Of a stretch of DNA of 64,000 nucleotides, positions 1 to 14,048 are shown piece after piece. A program made the position numbers and the translations under genes. The stretch is taken from the NCBI GenBank assembly GCA_964016885.1, contig OZ024743.1, positions 342,798,001 through 342,862,000 of the forward strand. The letters run 5' to 3'. The DNA is from Eledone cirrhosa. Taxonomy: Eukaryota. Positions within the stretch are counted from its first letter, which is position 1, and each line of letters begins with the position of its first letter. The notes below the pieces were generated by a model. That model saw only the letters and a program-made list of their open reading frames with translations, was not told where the DNA came from and made no database searches.

Positions 1-36
<36 letters not shown>

Positions 37-875
37 ATTTACTAATACATATATATATGTAGGTATGTACAGAGAGAGAAAGAGAGAAATCATATACATA
101 TATATGGATGTGTGTATGTGTATGTGTGCATCTATGTGTGGGCGCGTATGTGTTTGTGGGAAGAGAAAGCGAAGGAGAGCGGTAGGAACATGTTTTTCGG
201 GTGGTTGCGCACTAAAGTTAATCAAACAGTGCTGAATAGAGATTGTCGTAGATAAAAGGAAACGTTATGGGACTTATGGAGCATAACGAAATTTAAGTAG
301 AAATAAGCTACAGATGAAACAAATTTTTACATATCAAAAGATGTTTCAAAATTGCTTATGCGCGGATTACACAGTTATATACATATATGTATATAGCCTT
401 ATGTTTCTAAGTTGTAGCACGAATAATCTAAAGATTCCTCAATATGTCTACTAAAATAGATATAATTATTATTTCTTGATCTTTCGTTCCGGGGCCTCAT
501 TTATCGGCATTCTTTTATCGGATTCAGTAATTGAACTCTGGCAATATTTGTGTACCCATTTCGAAACTTTAATCTACGACATCGAGCCAGCATTTTGTTT
601 CTTACTATTTTATCGACTTTGGGGCTGAACGGATGTGTGGGATATGAATGCCTGTGGGTTTAATAAATAGATCCGTCTTAGCATTCCAGCGTGGTTAAAG
701 TAATTCACTTCTCTGCTACATGATTTCATATTCAAATTCTATTACCTTTCATTATGTGTTTTCTACTACATTGTTTCAAGTTGTGGTCTTAGTTTTGGGG
801 ATAGTTAGTACTTGTAGTCATTGCAAATTCATTGAATAAGTCTATTGTATGAATGCAAGTATGTATTTATTTATG

Positions 876-1392
876 TCAGGTGGCTCTCGAGTGCTACTGG
901 TAACATGTAACCCAGTACAACCTGTCTTGTGGTCGGGTCGTCGGCGACTAAACCGACAACCCTACCAAGCCTGCTTGGTGAGGAGGGTGATATTTGAACA
1001 CCCTTCGGGATGAAATACAAGACCTGGCAAAGGGGGGAGCAACTCAGCAGATTCAACGGCCATCCAAATAGTAGATTTGGGGGGGAGGGGGTTCACCTGG
1101 GAGTGAAAGGCATCCCAGTTGTTGTCACAACACCTTTCTAGGAGAGAGAAACTCTGAAAAAAGCCTGCTGACCAATTCTCCTTTTCTGGTAGTGTTTTCG
1201 ATGCTCAGAGAGTGGGATTGGTCGAGTGCAAGGCCTTTCCTCACTTAAAAAACTTAAAAAATCTTCAAAGCACAGACATTGCTTCTTCAGGATATGTTAC
1301 AGGTTCGTGTGGCTGCCCGTAGCCTAATGTACACCAAACATTGTAATCTGACAAGCGATTACAATACTCTTAGCAGAGTTTGCAACCATCAT
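876..1392 (+). mobile_element. RTE-5'-like non-autonomous retroelement, ends in (TATG)n
   Basis: Shares the 'tgctactggtaacatgtaacccagtacaacctgtc...cttggtgaggagggtga...ctaggagagagaaactctga' backbone with copies at 1490, 18975, 48838 and 49547. The 'ctaggagaaggaaaactctga' motif resembles RTE 5' regions. Confidence 0.6.
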
Positions 1393-1489
1393 GTATGTGT
1401 GTATGTATGTATGTGTGTATGTATGTGTGTATGTATGTATGTATGTGTGTATGTATGTATGTGTGTATGTATGTATGTGTGTATGTATG

Positions 1490-1890
1490 TCAAGTTACTC
1501 TTCAGCGCTACTGATAACATGTAACCTAGTACAATCTGTGCATGTCGGGTCGTCGGCGACTAAACCGGCAACCCCACCAAGTTTGCTTGGTGAGGGGGGG
1601 GGGGGGTGAAAAACAAAACTCGTTAAAGGGCGGAAGAAATCAGGAGAGTCAATGGCCATCCAATAATTTTTTTAGGGCGGCAGTGGGATGAGAGACTCTT
1701 CGTCTTCATTAAGACATCTCTCTAGGAGAAGGTCACTTTGATATTAAACCTGCGACTTTGTTTGCATCCAATGATGGAGACCAGTTCTACTTTTTAGGTA
1801 AACGTATTCGATGTTCAGAGCATGGAATTCGCTTCGTGCACGCCTTTCCTCACTTAAAAAAGCTTCAAGCACAGGCATCGTATGGGTGAA
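1490..1890 (+). mobile_element. Second tandem RTE-derived non-autonomous element
   Basis: Homologous to 876-1392 and to the reverse complement of 19110-19690. Separated from the first copy by a (TATG/TGTG)n array. Confidence 0.6.
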
Positions 1891-2867
1891 TGGATATATG
1901 GCGAGATGGAGGTAGGACGCATTTACACGTCAGAAGTGGTGTCCCATATTTCCTAAATAGTCGAAATGATATTAGACCATTAATTATTACTACCAATTTT
2001 CTGCTAGCATGTGTAGTGTGCATATTGATATTATACGCAAATATATATGCATGTAGATATGATATATCAAATAAAATCGTAATTGACAATATGCACAGAA
2101 ATTGAAGAGAGACTGTGTTACACTCTCTTCTGTAATCAGTAAAGTAATCCATGATATGTTTTAAAAAGACGATATTATATATAAACTACATTACGGCAAA
2201 ATTTTATGAAAACGAAAAAGAAGAAAATTAGCGACGGAAATATAAGACGTATATAACGATGCAAGTATATGAACGTTTATATAAGCGATGTGATATAGCG
2301 TCCGTTATATCATAACCAGAAGAATTGACATTTGAAAATTCTAAAAGAAGTGAATCTTGAAATAAGCAATAAAATTATTTATATTTAATCAAGAGTTACG
2401 AAATTTAGTACATAAATTATGTAATACTCATTCATTATTTATTCAAAGTAATTCAATTTATTTTACTAACGGAATGAAAAAAAATATATTCAAGACACAG
2501 TCCCGCAACTCCTCCCTTTATTATATTAGATTGTATTATTGTCCTTGCAATATACACGTTAACACACATTAAAGTATACTAAAGCTTTTCAAGGATGCCT
2601 GGATTATTTAAGTCTTGTATGCGTTGAGGAAGTAAGACAATTTCTAATTTCCATTGAATATTAAATATCATTTCCATATACACAACATTTAGAATTAATT
2701 TTCACTCTATGTTACTCGAGATATCATTTGAGGAATCATTCAAAGAATTTAATTAATTTACGAGAATATTTCAATAAATTCTCAGTGATTATTAGAATTT
2801 AAAATGGACAACAGACGAAAATTCAAATTAGATTCGCAATATGAGATGTTCTTTCATTAATTTACTG

Positions 2868-3055
2868 TGGATTGGCAGTATCGGTAGAAGGTCGGACGCC
2901 ATGCCTTGCAGCATAGAGTTACGTCCTTTTACGGTCTGAGTTCAAATCACGCCGGGGCTAACTTTGCCTTTCATCCTTACGGAGTCGATAAAATGAAGTA
3001 CCAGTAATGCACTGGGATAATTGCTGGCCTTGTGCCAAAAAGTAGAAACAATTAA
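2868..3055 (+). mobile_element. tRNA-derived SINE (Meta-domain-like)
   Basis: 'tggcagtatcggtaga' A-box, 'gagttcaaatc' B-box, core 'aactttgcctttcatccttacggagtcgataaaatgaagtaccagt'. More than 12 copies in the window. Confidence 0.85.
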
Positions 3056-5255
3056 TTTACTGATTTCAATCTTTTAGGACCGACAACGTGTTATATTTAG
3101 TTGGTTAGCGGAATTTACTCTTTTGCAAGCACTCGGACCAGTAGAGAGATATCACGATCGTTTTCTTTAAATTCTAATTCCCACTAAACTTTCTTATACT
3201 TGGTTTCCTTGTTTGTCAGGGAGTTCAGATGTGAAAGCGTTTCCCATCAGTCCATTCTCATTCAGCCTATAGCAGGTATCCCAGTGAACACAATGTTTCG
3301 TGAAGGTCATCAATGACCATACACATTAAGGAAACTAATTACCAGAATTAAAACACTGGTTAACAACTCATAACCAAACCAAGCACTATGAAAATGTCTA
3401 AATCATGAAATAATGCGAAATGCACTGAACAATTTATCCTTCTTTATGTGAAGACCAGCCGACTTCGATCCAGCCTGGACCACAATCATCCACATTTTCT
3501 AAAGCTCAGTTCATAGATCCTGTTCCTCTCCGGATCATAAATCTCTGACCCACCTTTTCTTTGGACTATTTCTGTTATCCAAGGCAGACTCTGTATCCAA
3601 ATTTCACTCTAAAATATGGCGTCTGCGAGTATTTAGACTCCATTTGCCTACTCTTCGTTTCTATCACGTCATTGTACTTCACATATACTATACAGTGCAC
3701 CAACAATCACCTCTTAAACTTCAAGTCAGCCTGCAAAAACGACAAAGAAAGAAAGAAAATGTATTTCTATGGCGATTATGAGTATGATTTTATTATTTTG
3801 AAAGTGGCTTTAAAGGTATTTGGAAATTTTCCAGGAAATATGTTTTATGTTTTTCAATTAATGTATGAGTTTTAGGTGACCAGCTGTGTCATAAATAGAT
3901 ATATTAAGAATTGTAATAAATTGATATCAGATATTCTGAAGTCAGATTTCATGAAAGAAAGTAAATAATATTTTGTATACATATATTTGAAAGAGAAAAG
4001 CAACGAAGAGAAAAATAACAAAATTGGACAAAAAAAAGACAGAAATAATTACATTGTTTGAATATTTTCTTTTCATTTATTAAAATATATATTTTTTAAA
4101 CTGACGTAGTTATGTAGATTTATTTTGTAATATACAAAAGTGTTTATGTGATAGTCACAATGAGATTTGTAGACATAAAAAAGTAATTTACCCATAAATA
4201 CTACCATTATATTCAATGGACGTAATGTTGCGTGTGAGGTTTAGTTATTGGTTACTAGACGAGAAACAATAGGATTAGCATCAGCTAATTAACATAAAAT
4301 ATGTTAATTAGCTGATTCATGAATACTTTTAACTTGATGATACTTTGTTATTTAGCCCCAGGTCAGCCTTCATCGAATAAAACTGTGATCAAAACTGTCT
4401 CTGCCATGACCATATCTTTTCTTCAATACCGTATATATAAAGTTGCATTATCTAATGTATAAAACAGTGGCTAGTATTATTGGCGATAGTTGTTGCACTT
4501 ATTGTTTAGCCCCAGGCCACAACTCCTGAAGCAAACATATGATTAACAGTATTGCAGCCGTTACCATCCTTATATTTCCCCTTTCTGACGTTTCCGTCCC
4601 TTTTCTATGTGAGAGAGTGTGATTTGAGGAAGATTGAGCTGTTATTTCTAAGAGGTCGCATAACCAAGTAAAGCCTCTGGCGTTGGCTCAGATATTTCAG
4701 TTGTACCCACAGATAGCGAAATGGCAGAGACATTAGAGCGTTGGATAGAATGCTTTGCGGAATTTGTGTACATGTGTATATTTATATATGCGTTGTCGCA
4801 GTCTCGGTTACAAGCTCTCTCTACATACAAATATAAATTAATCATACACATCCTGCTCTCTGCGATCTCAATTCAAATCTCACCGAGGTCGATTCTGCCT
4901 TCAATCCTATTGTATCATTCCAGAGCGGTGGATTGGCAATATTGATAGATTATCGAATGAGATTCCTTGCGGTATTTTCTTCCGTTTTTTTTTGCAATCT
5001 ATTTTAAATCTCATTATGCTTTACTTAGTTGTTAGATTTACTTCGACACATGCTGGTTCTTGGCTAAAAGCCACAGCTGGTTCTTGGCTGGTTCTACTAT
5101 GCTGCAAGTATTCGGCCAGGTCTCCAGTTTGAAGATAGCGCCCTTTCACAGGTCACGATGGCTCAGAAAATGTTCATGGATACTGCCCTTATCTCACTGA
5201 CTAAACAAATGTGTGTTATCTATCTATCAGTGCTTTGGTTTGTATATAGTTTCTT

Positions 5256-5348
5256 CCTTTCTTCTTCTTCTTCTTCTTCTTCTTCTTCTTCTTCTTCTTC
5301 TTCTTCTTCTTCTTCTTCTTCTTCTTCTTTCTTTCTTTCTTTCTTTCT
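5256..5348. repeat. (TTC)n/(TTTC)n microsatellite
   Basis: Directly visible. Confidence 0.95.
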
Positions 5349-5494
5349 TTACCTGTCTATATATGTGCGTGTGTGTTTGAGTAAGCATATACATTTTTTT
5401 AAAGACGTCATTGAGTATGGATATCTTTACTTATAGCCCAAAGTATAAACCCTCACACAGATACACATACGCGCACATACACATTCACATACAG

Positions 5495-5586
<92 letters not shown>

Positions 5587-5655
5587 GAAAAAAAGGAAAA
5601 AAATGACTATCTAACTGTACCAAGGATCTCACACATTTTCCAATATATATATATA

Positions 5656-5692
<37 letters not shown>

Positions 5693-5740
5693 ATAATAAT
5701 AAATTTGAAGACTAAAATCCAAAGAGGGCTCGATTTGTTA

Positions 5741-5789
5741 GTTTCAGAAGATCCCGTTAAGGGTGAAAGCAGCGATTCTTTGCTTAAAC
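5741..5789 (+). ncRNA. Hammerhead ribozyme-like motif, CAGAAGA core variant
   Basis: gttt-CAGAAGA-t ccc gttaa ggg t-GAA-agca..tgct-T-aaac. A sibling copy lies on the minus strand at 40362-40413. Confidence 0.55.
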
Positions 5790-5822
5790 TTTAATCTGTT
5801 ATTTTAATAAATATATATATAT

Positions 5823-6405
5823 ATTGTTATACTTTGGGAGGGTTTAGACAAATTACAGAGGCAGTAAACATAAAAGAATTACAACCAAAATTAAATAGAA
5901 AATATGAGTGGAACAGCAACATCACAACTTACAATTAAGGACAAAATGAAAACACACACACACATAGAACAAACAACCAACCAACAACATGTAAATAAAT
6001 AAACAAATAGATAAATGAACACAAACACACACAGACACCCGGATGTGGCGCATGCGCAAACTGAGCACACAACACACACACACAGAAACAAAATGGCGTA
6101 GGACAGAAGAAAGGAAAGGCACAGAAACAAAGAAAGGAATCCCCAGTCACTGAAGAGGTCACAGAGTGTGTGACGAAAGGACTATGACTATATATATAAA
6201 CAACTATCTGGTTGTGGAACCAACCAACCAACCAGAAATTTATAAATTTGTAAATTTATAAATTTATAAATATATAATAAATTGAAGTGAAAGCAACTGG
6301 TGCGTGTGTTTCTTATTGGCAACATGACCCTCCCAAAGTATAACAATATCGGTTTCAACACACGATTTCAGATAAAGAATCTTGCTAAACAAATTCAGAA
6401 ACGAA

Positions 6406-6408
<3 letters not shown>
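5823..6408 (+). mobile_element. PLE family 1 3' end/pLTR with a 20-bp inverted 5' piece and 3' tail
   Basis: Reverse complement of 28453-28945. Ends 'cagaaacgaaat(at)n', like 32313. Confidence 0.9.
6145..6189 (+). ncRNA. Type I minimal hammerhead ribozyme in pLTR
   Basis: agtca-CTGAAGA-g gtcaca gagtg tgtgac-GAA-aggact-A-tgact. Confidence 0.8.
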
Positions 6409-6431
<23 letters not shown>

Positions 6432-6437
<6 letters not shown>

Positions 6438-7033
6438 ATACTTTTGGAGGGGCATGTTGCCAATAAGAAACACACGCACCAGTTACTTTCACTTCAATTT
6501 ATTATAAATTAAATTTATAAATTTAGGAATTTATAAATTTCCGGTTGGTTGGTTGGTTCCACAATCAGACGATTGTTCATATATTGTCAAAGTTCTTTCG
6601 TCACACATTCTGTGACCTCTTCAGTGACTGGGGATTATTTTCTTTGTTTTTGTGCCTCTCCTTTGTTCTGTCCTCCGCCATCTTGTTTTTGTGTGCGTTA
6701 TGTGCTTAGTTTGCGCATGTGTTACATCCGGGTGTCTGTGTGTGTTTATATTTGTTTATTTATTTGTTTATTTACATGTTACTGGTTGGTTGTTTGTTGT
6801 ATGTGTGTGTGTGTTTTCATTTTGTCCTTAATTGTAAGTTGTGATGTTGCTATTCCATTCATGCTTTCTATTTATGTTTATTGCCTCTGTGATTTGTCTA
6901 AACATTGCGTCTTTTCTGTGTGTAGATTCTATTTTTATTTCTATGTTCTCTAATTTACCCTTATGTTCTATTTTAGCATGTTGGTAGAGTACAGATGATT
7001 CTTTACTATCTTGAAGCTCTCGCCAGTGTTCAT
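6432..7033 (-). mobile_element. PLE family 1 3' fragment (GIY-YIG C-terminus + pLTR with HHR at 6586-6629)
   Basis: Encodes NEHWRELQDSKESSVLYQHAKIEH...RQITEAININ, nearly identical to the end of the 28888-29739 ORF. Confidence 0.9.
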
Positions 7034-8520
7034 TTGGCACTGTTAGGGAAGGCGGACTTGTAGTGAACGAACAGGTCCCTGCAAGCTGCCTTTCGGTAGA
7101 AGTTGCAGTGGATCCTTCCCTGTTCCGTGATGTTGATTCGGAAGTCGAGGAGGGCAAGTTACCCGTCTTCGTTGGGGTGTTCAACACTGAAGTCAATGTT
7201 CTCGTCCGTGTTGTTGTAACAATGTTGTAACAGTGCCAAAAGAGGATACATCACGAACGAGATCGCGCGAATCAAAAACAGATGCAGCGATCCCGCGAGT
7301 GGTTTCACTCATACCAAGTGATTCCTCGAGGTGCTGGAGACGAACGGGTACCCTACCTCGATCACAGACAGAATAGGAGACACCAGACACAAGAGACAGA
7401 GAGGCACCCAAGGCAAGTGCTTCCTTAAAATGCCACACCTGGGCGAGAATACCACCAACGCTATCCACAAGGCTATACGGAGGGAGGGCCTCGACATCCA
7501 CCTGGCCCACTCGGGCCCCTCCCTGCGAAGATGCCTCTCCAGGAAACCCGGTAAATCTACTGACATATGCTCCCTCAGAGACTGCCCGATACGCCATGCG
7601 AACTGTTGCCTACGCATATACGTCGTGTATAAGATAGAATGTGACAGGTGCAACCAATACTACATAGGTAGCACAATCCGACCTTTGCACATCCGGATCA
7701 AGGAACACACTAAAACCAGGGCCTCGTCTTTCCGGAAACACATAGACAAATGCGGAAACAAAGACGGAAGGCCCATTGTCACAATTCTAGCGACTGAAAG
7801 AAACGTCGGCACGTTACGTATCAAGGAAGCGCTTTTTATCAAACGCCCGCAACCGCAAATAAACAACCGACCAGAGAGAAGCGAAATGAGATGGCTGGTT
7901 TAAGTTAACAAATGATGCAGCAACACACAACACACGCACACACACACACACAAACGAGACAACTACACACACACGCGCACACACACACAGTAGCATTCCA
8001 CCATACGAACATACTACACTGCCAATACAGAGGAACAAGGCAACAACACACGCACACACACACACACACTCAAGCGAGACAACAACACATGCACACACAC
8101 ATACAATAACACTTAACAAACAGGCAGAGAATGGACTGACAGCTAGCGCCACCCCACTCCCTCATACGGCCGCTTACCTCTGCCCGACCGACCCCATTTC
8201 ACGCGCACGCGCGCTCTGCCGAATACCTCAGATATTCAAAACAACAAACAGCGGAGGACGCGTTTCGCACCTGTCTGACAGACAACCTTTCCCCCACCCC
8301 GGAAAAAAACCCCAGTTGATGGATGTGAATCCGAAATATATAGGGACAATTAAATCTCTCCCAAGGTAACTCTCTCTTGTGTTGTTATTTTTATTTTATC
8401 CTTTATACTCTTCCCTTCATTCTTCTACACATCTTACACATCTTATACACACCACGCATCTCAACGTACACCCACTTACATCTCTCTCTCCACCACCAGA
8501 CCTTGTTACCCGGAGATTTA
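7034..8520 (+). mobile_element. PLE family 2, 5'-truncated with 5' inversion (7034-7220 inverted)
   Basis: The inverted part encodes the RT thumb region (FSVEHPNEDG*LALLDFRI...FYRK...HYKSAFPNSAK). The plus part continues NSAKRGYITNE... into the GIY-YIG domain. Degenerate HHR at 8311-8345. Confidence 0.88.
7331..7903 (+). pseudogene. PLE GIY-YIG endonuclease domain (truncated ORF)
   Basis: CSLRDCPI...C...VVYKIECDRCNQYYIGSTIRPLHIRIKEH...LRIKEALFIKRPQPQIN. Confidence 0.9.
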
Positions 8521-8539
8521 CCCATTTGCATTGTCGAGG

Positions 8540-9190
8540 CTTCCAAACGACTTAAAGATATTTACTTATTATTCCACAATGCTTCAAGCAAACTTGAATA
8601 CTCTCTTATATACTACTGCGTAGATTATTTAGACATCAATTTAGACCTTCGCACACACACATTCAAATCATTCGACAGACTTAATGAAAAGTTAACTTAT
8701 ATACACAAAGACACATGTCACACACGTATGATCTTCAAAGAGCTTCCTTAAAAACATCAGTACTAGTATTTTTAATATTTGTTCTAACAGGACCATCTTT
8801 GACAGAGCGGCACCTTACTATAACATAGCTTTAGCCAACACCGAATCGTCCGATAAAATGTCTTACTCTCCTCTTAATCACGCTACCAGTAAAAAGAGAA
8901 TTAGAAACCAAAGAATAATTTGGTCCTACCCACCATTCTTGCTCAGTGTTAGAACTAATGTAGATAGGAAATTCTTGGCACTCCTAGATAAATACTTCCC
9001 TGTAGGACATAAATATAGGCATATCTTCAATAGACACAGGGTGGAACTCGGATATTCCTGTGCTAAAAATATGAAAGCCCACATCACCACAAACTCCAAG
9101 ACCTCACCCCCACCCGGATGCATTTCCAGAAGGCCAGAAGCATGCCCGCTTCAACAACAGTGAAACATAGCCAACGTATTCTGAAGTTAC
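8540..9190 (+). mobile_element. Degenerate PLE fragment (RT thumb/linker)
   Basis: VDYLDINLDL...LTYIHKDTCH; IIWSYPPF...FLALLDKYFP.GHKYRHIFNRHRVELGYSCAKNM. Confidence 0.85.
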
Positions 9191-10325
9191 ATTCACTTGA
9201 CCAAACCAACTGCAAGAGTTCAAAACATATGTAGGCATGGCATGGCATATATATATAATGAAACGAACTCATCGTATAGGATATATATACCTTCGATCGT
9301 TTTCCCAGTCACTCAAATCTTTAATTCATTAAAATACCAATCAAAAGGAAAGCAGAGTGTACACTAATACGTTAAATAGTGAGAAAAACATTTAATTCTC
9401 TGGCCCCAGACTAATGCATTAGTTTCTGCTATTCCATCTGCCAGTGACAGTTCATATGGAACTGGCCTGCACAGAAATTAGGCAATGCTATTAGGCATTA
9501 CGTAATTGGCTAAGAGCAGCTCCATCAGCGAAAAATTATCCCTTTTGAAACAGGTCAACTAGAAGCCTACTGTCTTGGTATGAATTCGTCATTACAGTAG
9601 TAGGTTCCACATTCAGTGTCACGTGACAGTGAAGAAGAGGTAGGCAAGTACTGCCTATTTTCAAAGAACACGTTGGCACGTTTTTTCAAATTGACAAGAA
9701 AGAGAAAATATATACATTTAGATTTATATAAATATATATATATATATGTGATAAAGTTATATCTGCATATATACAGAGTGGGTAACCGAAACCACGACAA
9801 TATGTACATAAATATATATATATATTGATACGTTAGCTTGCAAACATGCCAGAAATTATGAATTTCGTGTAAATTGAAAAAATGATAAACACCTTTAATC
9901 GATTTTCTGACGTAGTAGGGTCTTCATTAGAAGGCGTGTATTTCATCTAAACAACCACAAGAAAACACATATTTGATGGACTTATATATCCTTCCGCTCT
10001 TAGTAGTATTCTTAAATTAGCACTCGTATTGGTAGTTAATTAAGATATATATTAAGTGCGCTAAGCAGCCGAGGTACATGTTAAACCGAGACTGTAACAA
10101 GCTGTACATAAATATATACATTTTAATATGTAGATACGTGATTAACACCTTTAATCGATTTTCGGCATTTACAGGGAGATTCGTATTTTCTGGCATGTTT
10201 ACATATCTACATATTAAAAATGTGTATATTTATTGATGCAGTCTCGGTTACAAGCTCTGTATACATACAAATATAACTTTATCATGCACTTCGGCTTCCT
10301 AGCGCACTTCTTAATATAAATATAT

Positions 10326-10430
<105 letters not shown>

Positions 10431-10730
10431 CTCAACAAAGATGATGCAAAAACTTACTCCAACACTTAATTTTAAATTTTAAATTTTTAGTTTTTAATTC
10501 TTATTAACTCTTTTTAATTGTAATACTCAACATTTGATAAGATGAGTTTTACTAATACATCGAAACCAGTAATACTTTAGATATTTTATATACATCATAA
10601 AACTCTTTTCTAAAAAGAATTGTCCCTCTCATTTTTCCAGAAATGCCACTTTTGCGAATCAAAGTAAAGGGGAAAAAAGAAAAGCAGACCCTTAAATACA
10701 TTTTCAGTGCTATTTCCAATCTCACCTTCA

Positions 10731-11043
<313 letters not shown>

Positions 11044-11785
11044 ATATGTGTGTATGTATATGTGTCTGCGTGTGTGTGTGTGTTAATGAGCAATGTTTTT
11101 CTACTTTAGCCTCAGGTTAGCCAATGCCTTGTAGGTGGAATCTAAGAGGTGAAAACTGCAGAAATCTATCGTATATGTATGCATATATGTATGTGTATGT
11201 AGCATAGCCGCAGTATAATGATTAAAACCAGTAAACGCGTAACTGAAGTGTTCAGACATTTTCGCTGACTCATGTAATAATTTGGTTGCCAAGCAATAGT
11301 GTGTTGCCCAGTAACTAAGAATTTATTATTCAAATTTTTGGCAGCGCGCAAAATAACAAAAGAATAAAATGTATATATGTATATGTCAAGGCAAATAAAT
11401 TTACTATAACATTACTATGATAAAATATAACATTAATTTGATAATACCCATAGAAACTAATAGATGCTTACAATAAATATTTGGCTGCTAAAATTATAAA
11501 TAAAGAACATGTTATTGGTATAGATTTCACAGTGGATCACCCGTTGGTCCCTTTTATGTAAATAATTAATTTGAGTGTCAATGGGGATTGATGGGCAAAA
11601 TTGAAAAAGAACCGAATAAAAAAGCTTTACAGTGTTTAATTGCATGTTTTTTATTTTCTGAATTCGATTCCAACCTAGATTGGCTGCCTTTTAGTCTTCC
11701 GGGGACGATAAAATAAAATACCAGCTAAATCCTGGTGTCGGTATAATGGATAGCAGCTAAATGTCCCTCAAATCATCTTAAACAT

Positions 11786-12163
11786 CAGACCTGTCAATTC
11801 TCCCCGTCTGGGAGAATTGCAATAGCCTTTGGAGTGGGTGAGAGATGTCTTCTCTTGCGAAAATGGGTATAGCTTTCAGAGTCGGACACCATGCTTTGCA
11901 GCATAGAGTTATGGTCCTTTGCGGTCTGAGTTCAAATCCCCCCGAGTTTAACTTTGCCTTTCATCCTTACGGAATCGATAAAATAAAGCACCAGTAATGC
12001 ACTGGGATCGATTTAATCGACTTTCCCCTCCTCCCAAATTACTGGCCTTGTGCCTATACTAGAAATCATTATGGAAAATCTCCCCATTTTGCCTCATCTC
12101 CCCATTTTGGAGCAGTTTTTTCATAGTACACCCCGTTTGGGTTTTTAGAGGTTGGCAGGTCTG
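11786..12163 (-). mobile_element. Same MITE, interrupted by a SINE
   Basis: TIRs at both ends; flanks aaacat/aaacaa; SINE inserted at about 11879-12070. Confidence 0.85.
11879..12070 (+). mobile_element. 5'-truncated tRNA-derived SINE nested in MITE
   Basis: SINE core 'gagttcaaatcc...gcctttcatccttacggaatcgataaaataaagcaccagt'. Confidence 0.85.
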
Positions 12164-12521
12164 AAACAAGAAAGAGCAAAAGTCAATGGGGTAACCTCTA
12201 CGTGGTTATTCCAGTCGTTAGAAATATCAGTCAAATCTTCACATCACACATCACACTCCTCCGTTTTGTAAACAGAGTGCATTGAACAATATTGTCAATG
12301 ATATTGAAAAATATGGAATTGTCATTTTTCATTACTGTGCTCGTAGAAGGCTGGCCTGGAGCTAAAATGATCAACAGCAAGGGAGGACATATTGTATAAT
12401 CTAGTAGTGGCTACGTTTTACAAAAAACTGACTGGTCATGTTTGGAATAGCTTTGATCAGAGATTTGCTCGATAAGAATTGACCTGAAACTTAACGACAA
12501 AAGTGATATAACATACACATA

Positions 12522-12577
<56 letters not shown>

Positions 12578-12879
12578 AGAAAAAAGAAAGAAAGAAAGAA
12601 AAAAGAAAGAAAGAAAAAAAGAAAAAAGAAAGAAAGAAAGAAAGAAAGACACACTCGCAAACGCTGTGTTTAACAGTCATAATGTAAGAGTTAACAGTAT
12701 TTGATATATAAGCTTTTGCTTCTTTTTATTTAGCTTTTCATTTCTCGTTTTACTGTGGATCCTAAGATTGCAGATCACGAAATCTCAATGTTTATATGCA
12801 GAACTCTGCAAACGCTTGCATAATTATCTCTGAACACGCCCTGTATGTCTGTCTATGTGTCTATGTGTATATCTGGGAA

Positions 12880-12991
12880 GGAACATCTCTTTCTTTCTTT
12901 CTTACTTCCTCTCTCTCTCTCTCTCTCTTTCTCCTTCACTCTCTCTATCTATCTATCTCTCTCTCTCTCTATCTATCTCTATCTCTATCTA

Positions 12992-13084
<93 letters not shown>

Positions 13085-13136
13085 TGTATATATCACTTTC
13101 TCTCTTCCTCTCTCTCTCTCTCTATCTATATATATA

Positions 13137-13181
<45 letters not shown>

Positions 13182-13375
13182 ATATCTCTCCCTATCTATC
13201 TTTCTCCCTATCTCTATCTCTCTATCTCTCTATCTCTATCTCTTTCTCTATCTCTATCTTTCTCTCTCTACTGTCTATCTCTCCATCTCTATCTCTCTAT
13301 CTCTATTTCTCTTTCTTTCTCTCTCTCTCTCTATCTCTATCTATCTCTATCTCTCTATCTCTTTCTCTCTCGCCA
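12880..13375. repeat. Compound (CT)n/(TA)n/(CTAT)n microsatellite
   Basis: Directly visible; source of the spurious 214-225 aa ORFs. Confidence 0.95.
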
Positions 13376-13644
13376 TATTTCTCGTTTCCCTTCATTCTTT
13401 TTTACTTATTTCTTCCTCGGATCTTTTATGTACGAACTAAGTCGGGTATGTGGTGGTATTTGTCTGCGGGTTGCGTGCATTTGTTGGCATGTCCTCCTCT
13501 CTCGGTGTTTTTCTTTCCTTAACCTCGGCTAAAAGCCATCGTGTCGATTCCTACTTGGGGAAAAGACAACACATTGAGGAAATATGAGCGTCGTATTTCT
13601 GTCATATACGTATATATGTGTGTAGGGGAGGGGTTGTGTGTGTG

Positions 13645-13862
13645 TATCCGGGTTCAATCGGGGTTAACCACAGTAAGTAAGGTACTCAATACATAGTAAA
13701 GTATATAAAATATTTAATATAGAAATGGCTTCTACAGGACTAGAACTGTTTCACTCGAAGGAAATCATCAGGGAAGCTTTCCTGTTGATTTCCTTTGAAT
13801 GAAAGTTCTAGTCTTGTAGAAGCCATTTCTATATTAAATATTTTATAAATGCTTTATTATGT
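13645..13862 (-). mobile_element. Fold-back pLTR element with hammerhead (13728-13777, minus)
   Basis: Palindrome 13691-13862 centred on 'gaagctttc'. Minus strand reads gcttc(c)-CTGATGA-tttc cttc gagt-GAA-acag ttctagtc ctgt-A-gaagc. Family copies at 37945-37991 and 63727-63842. Confidence 0.75.
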
Positions 13863-13969
13863 TTAATTGATGAGTCTTGTTACTCCGGAGTTTCATCTTT
13901 GCACTCAGTATCATTAGACAAGATTACATTCGGTATTGAGTTCTCATTCTCACGTCCGTCAATAACACC

Positions 13970-14042
<73 letters not shown>

Positions 14043-14048
<6 letters not shown>

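Noticed and set aside
7319-7321. In-frame TGA in a PLE ORF as selenocysteine (cf. Naiad PLEs)
   Set aside because: Not at a Cys/Zn-finger position, no SECIS seen, and the copy has other stops; CGA>TGA decay is more likely.
11166-11645. Further minus-strand exons of the lectin-like gene (AWQPNYYMSQRKCLN...SYAFTGF)
   Set aside because: Needs frameshifts and has no convincing splice pair; too weak without a homology search.
12796-13532. 214-225 aa ORFs and the many CV/YI/TH/MYVC ORFs across the window
   Set aside because: They are translations of microsatellites.
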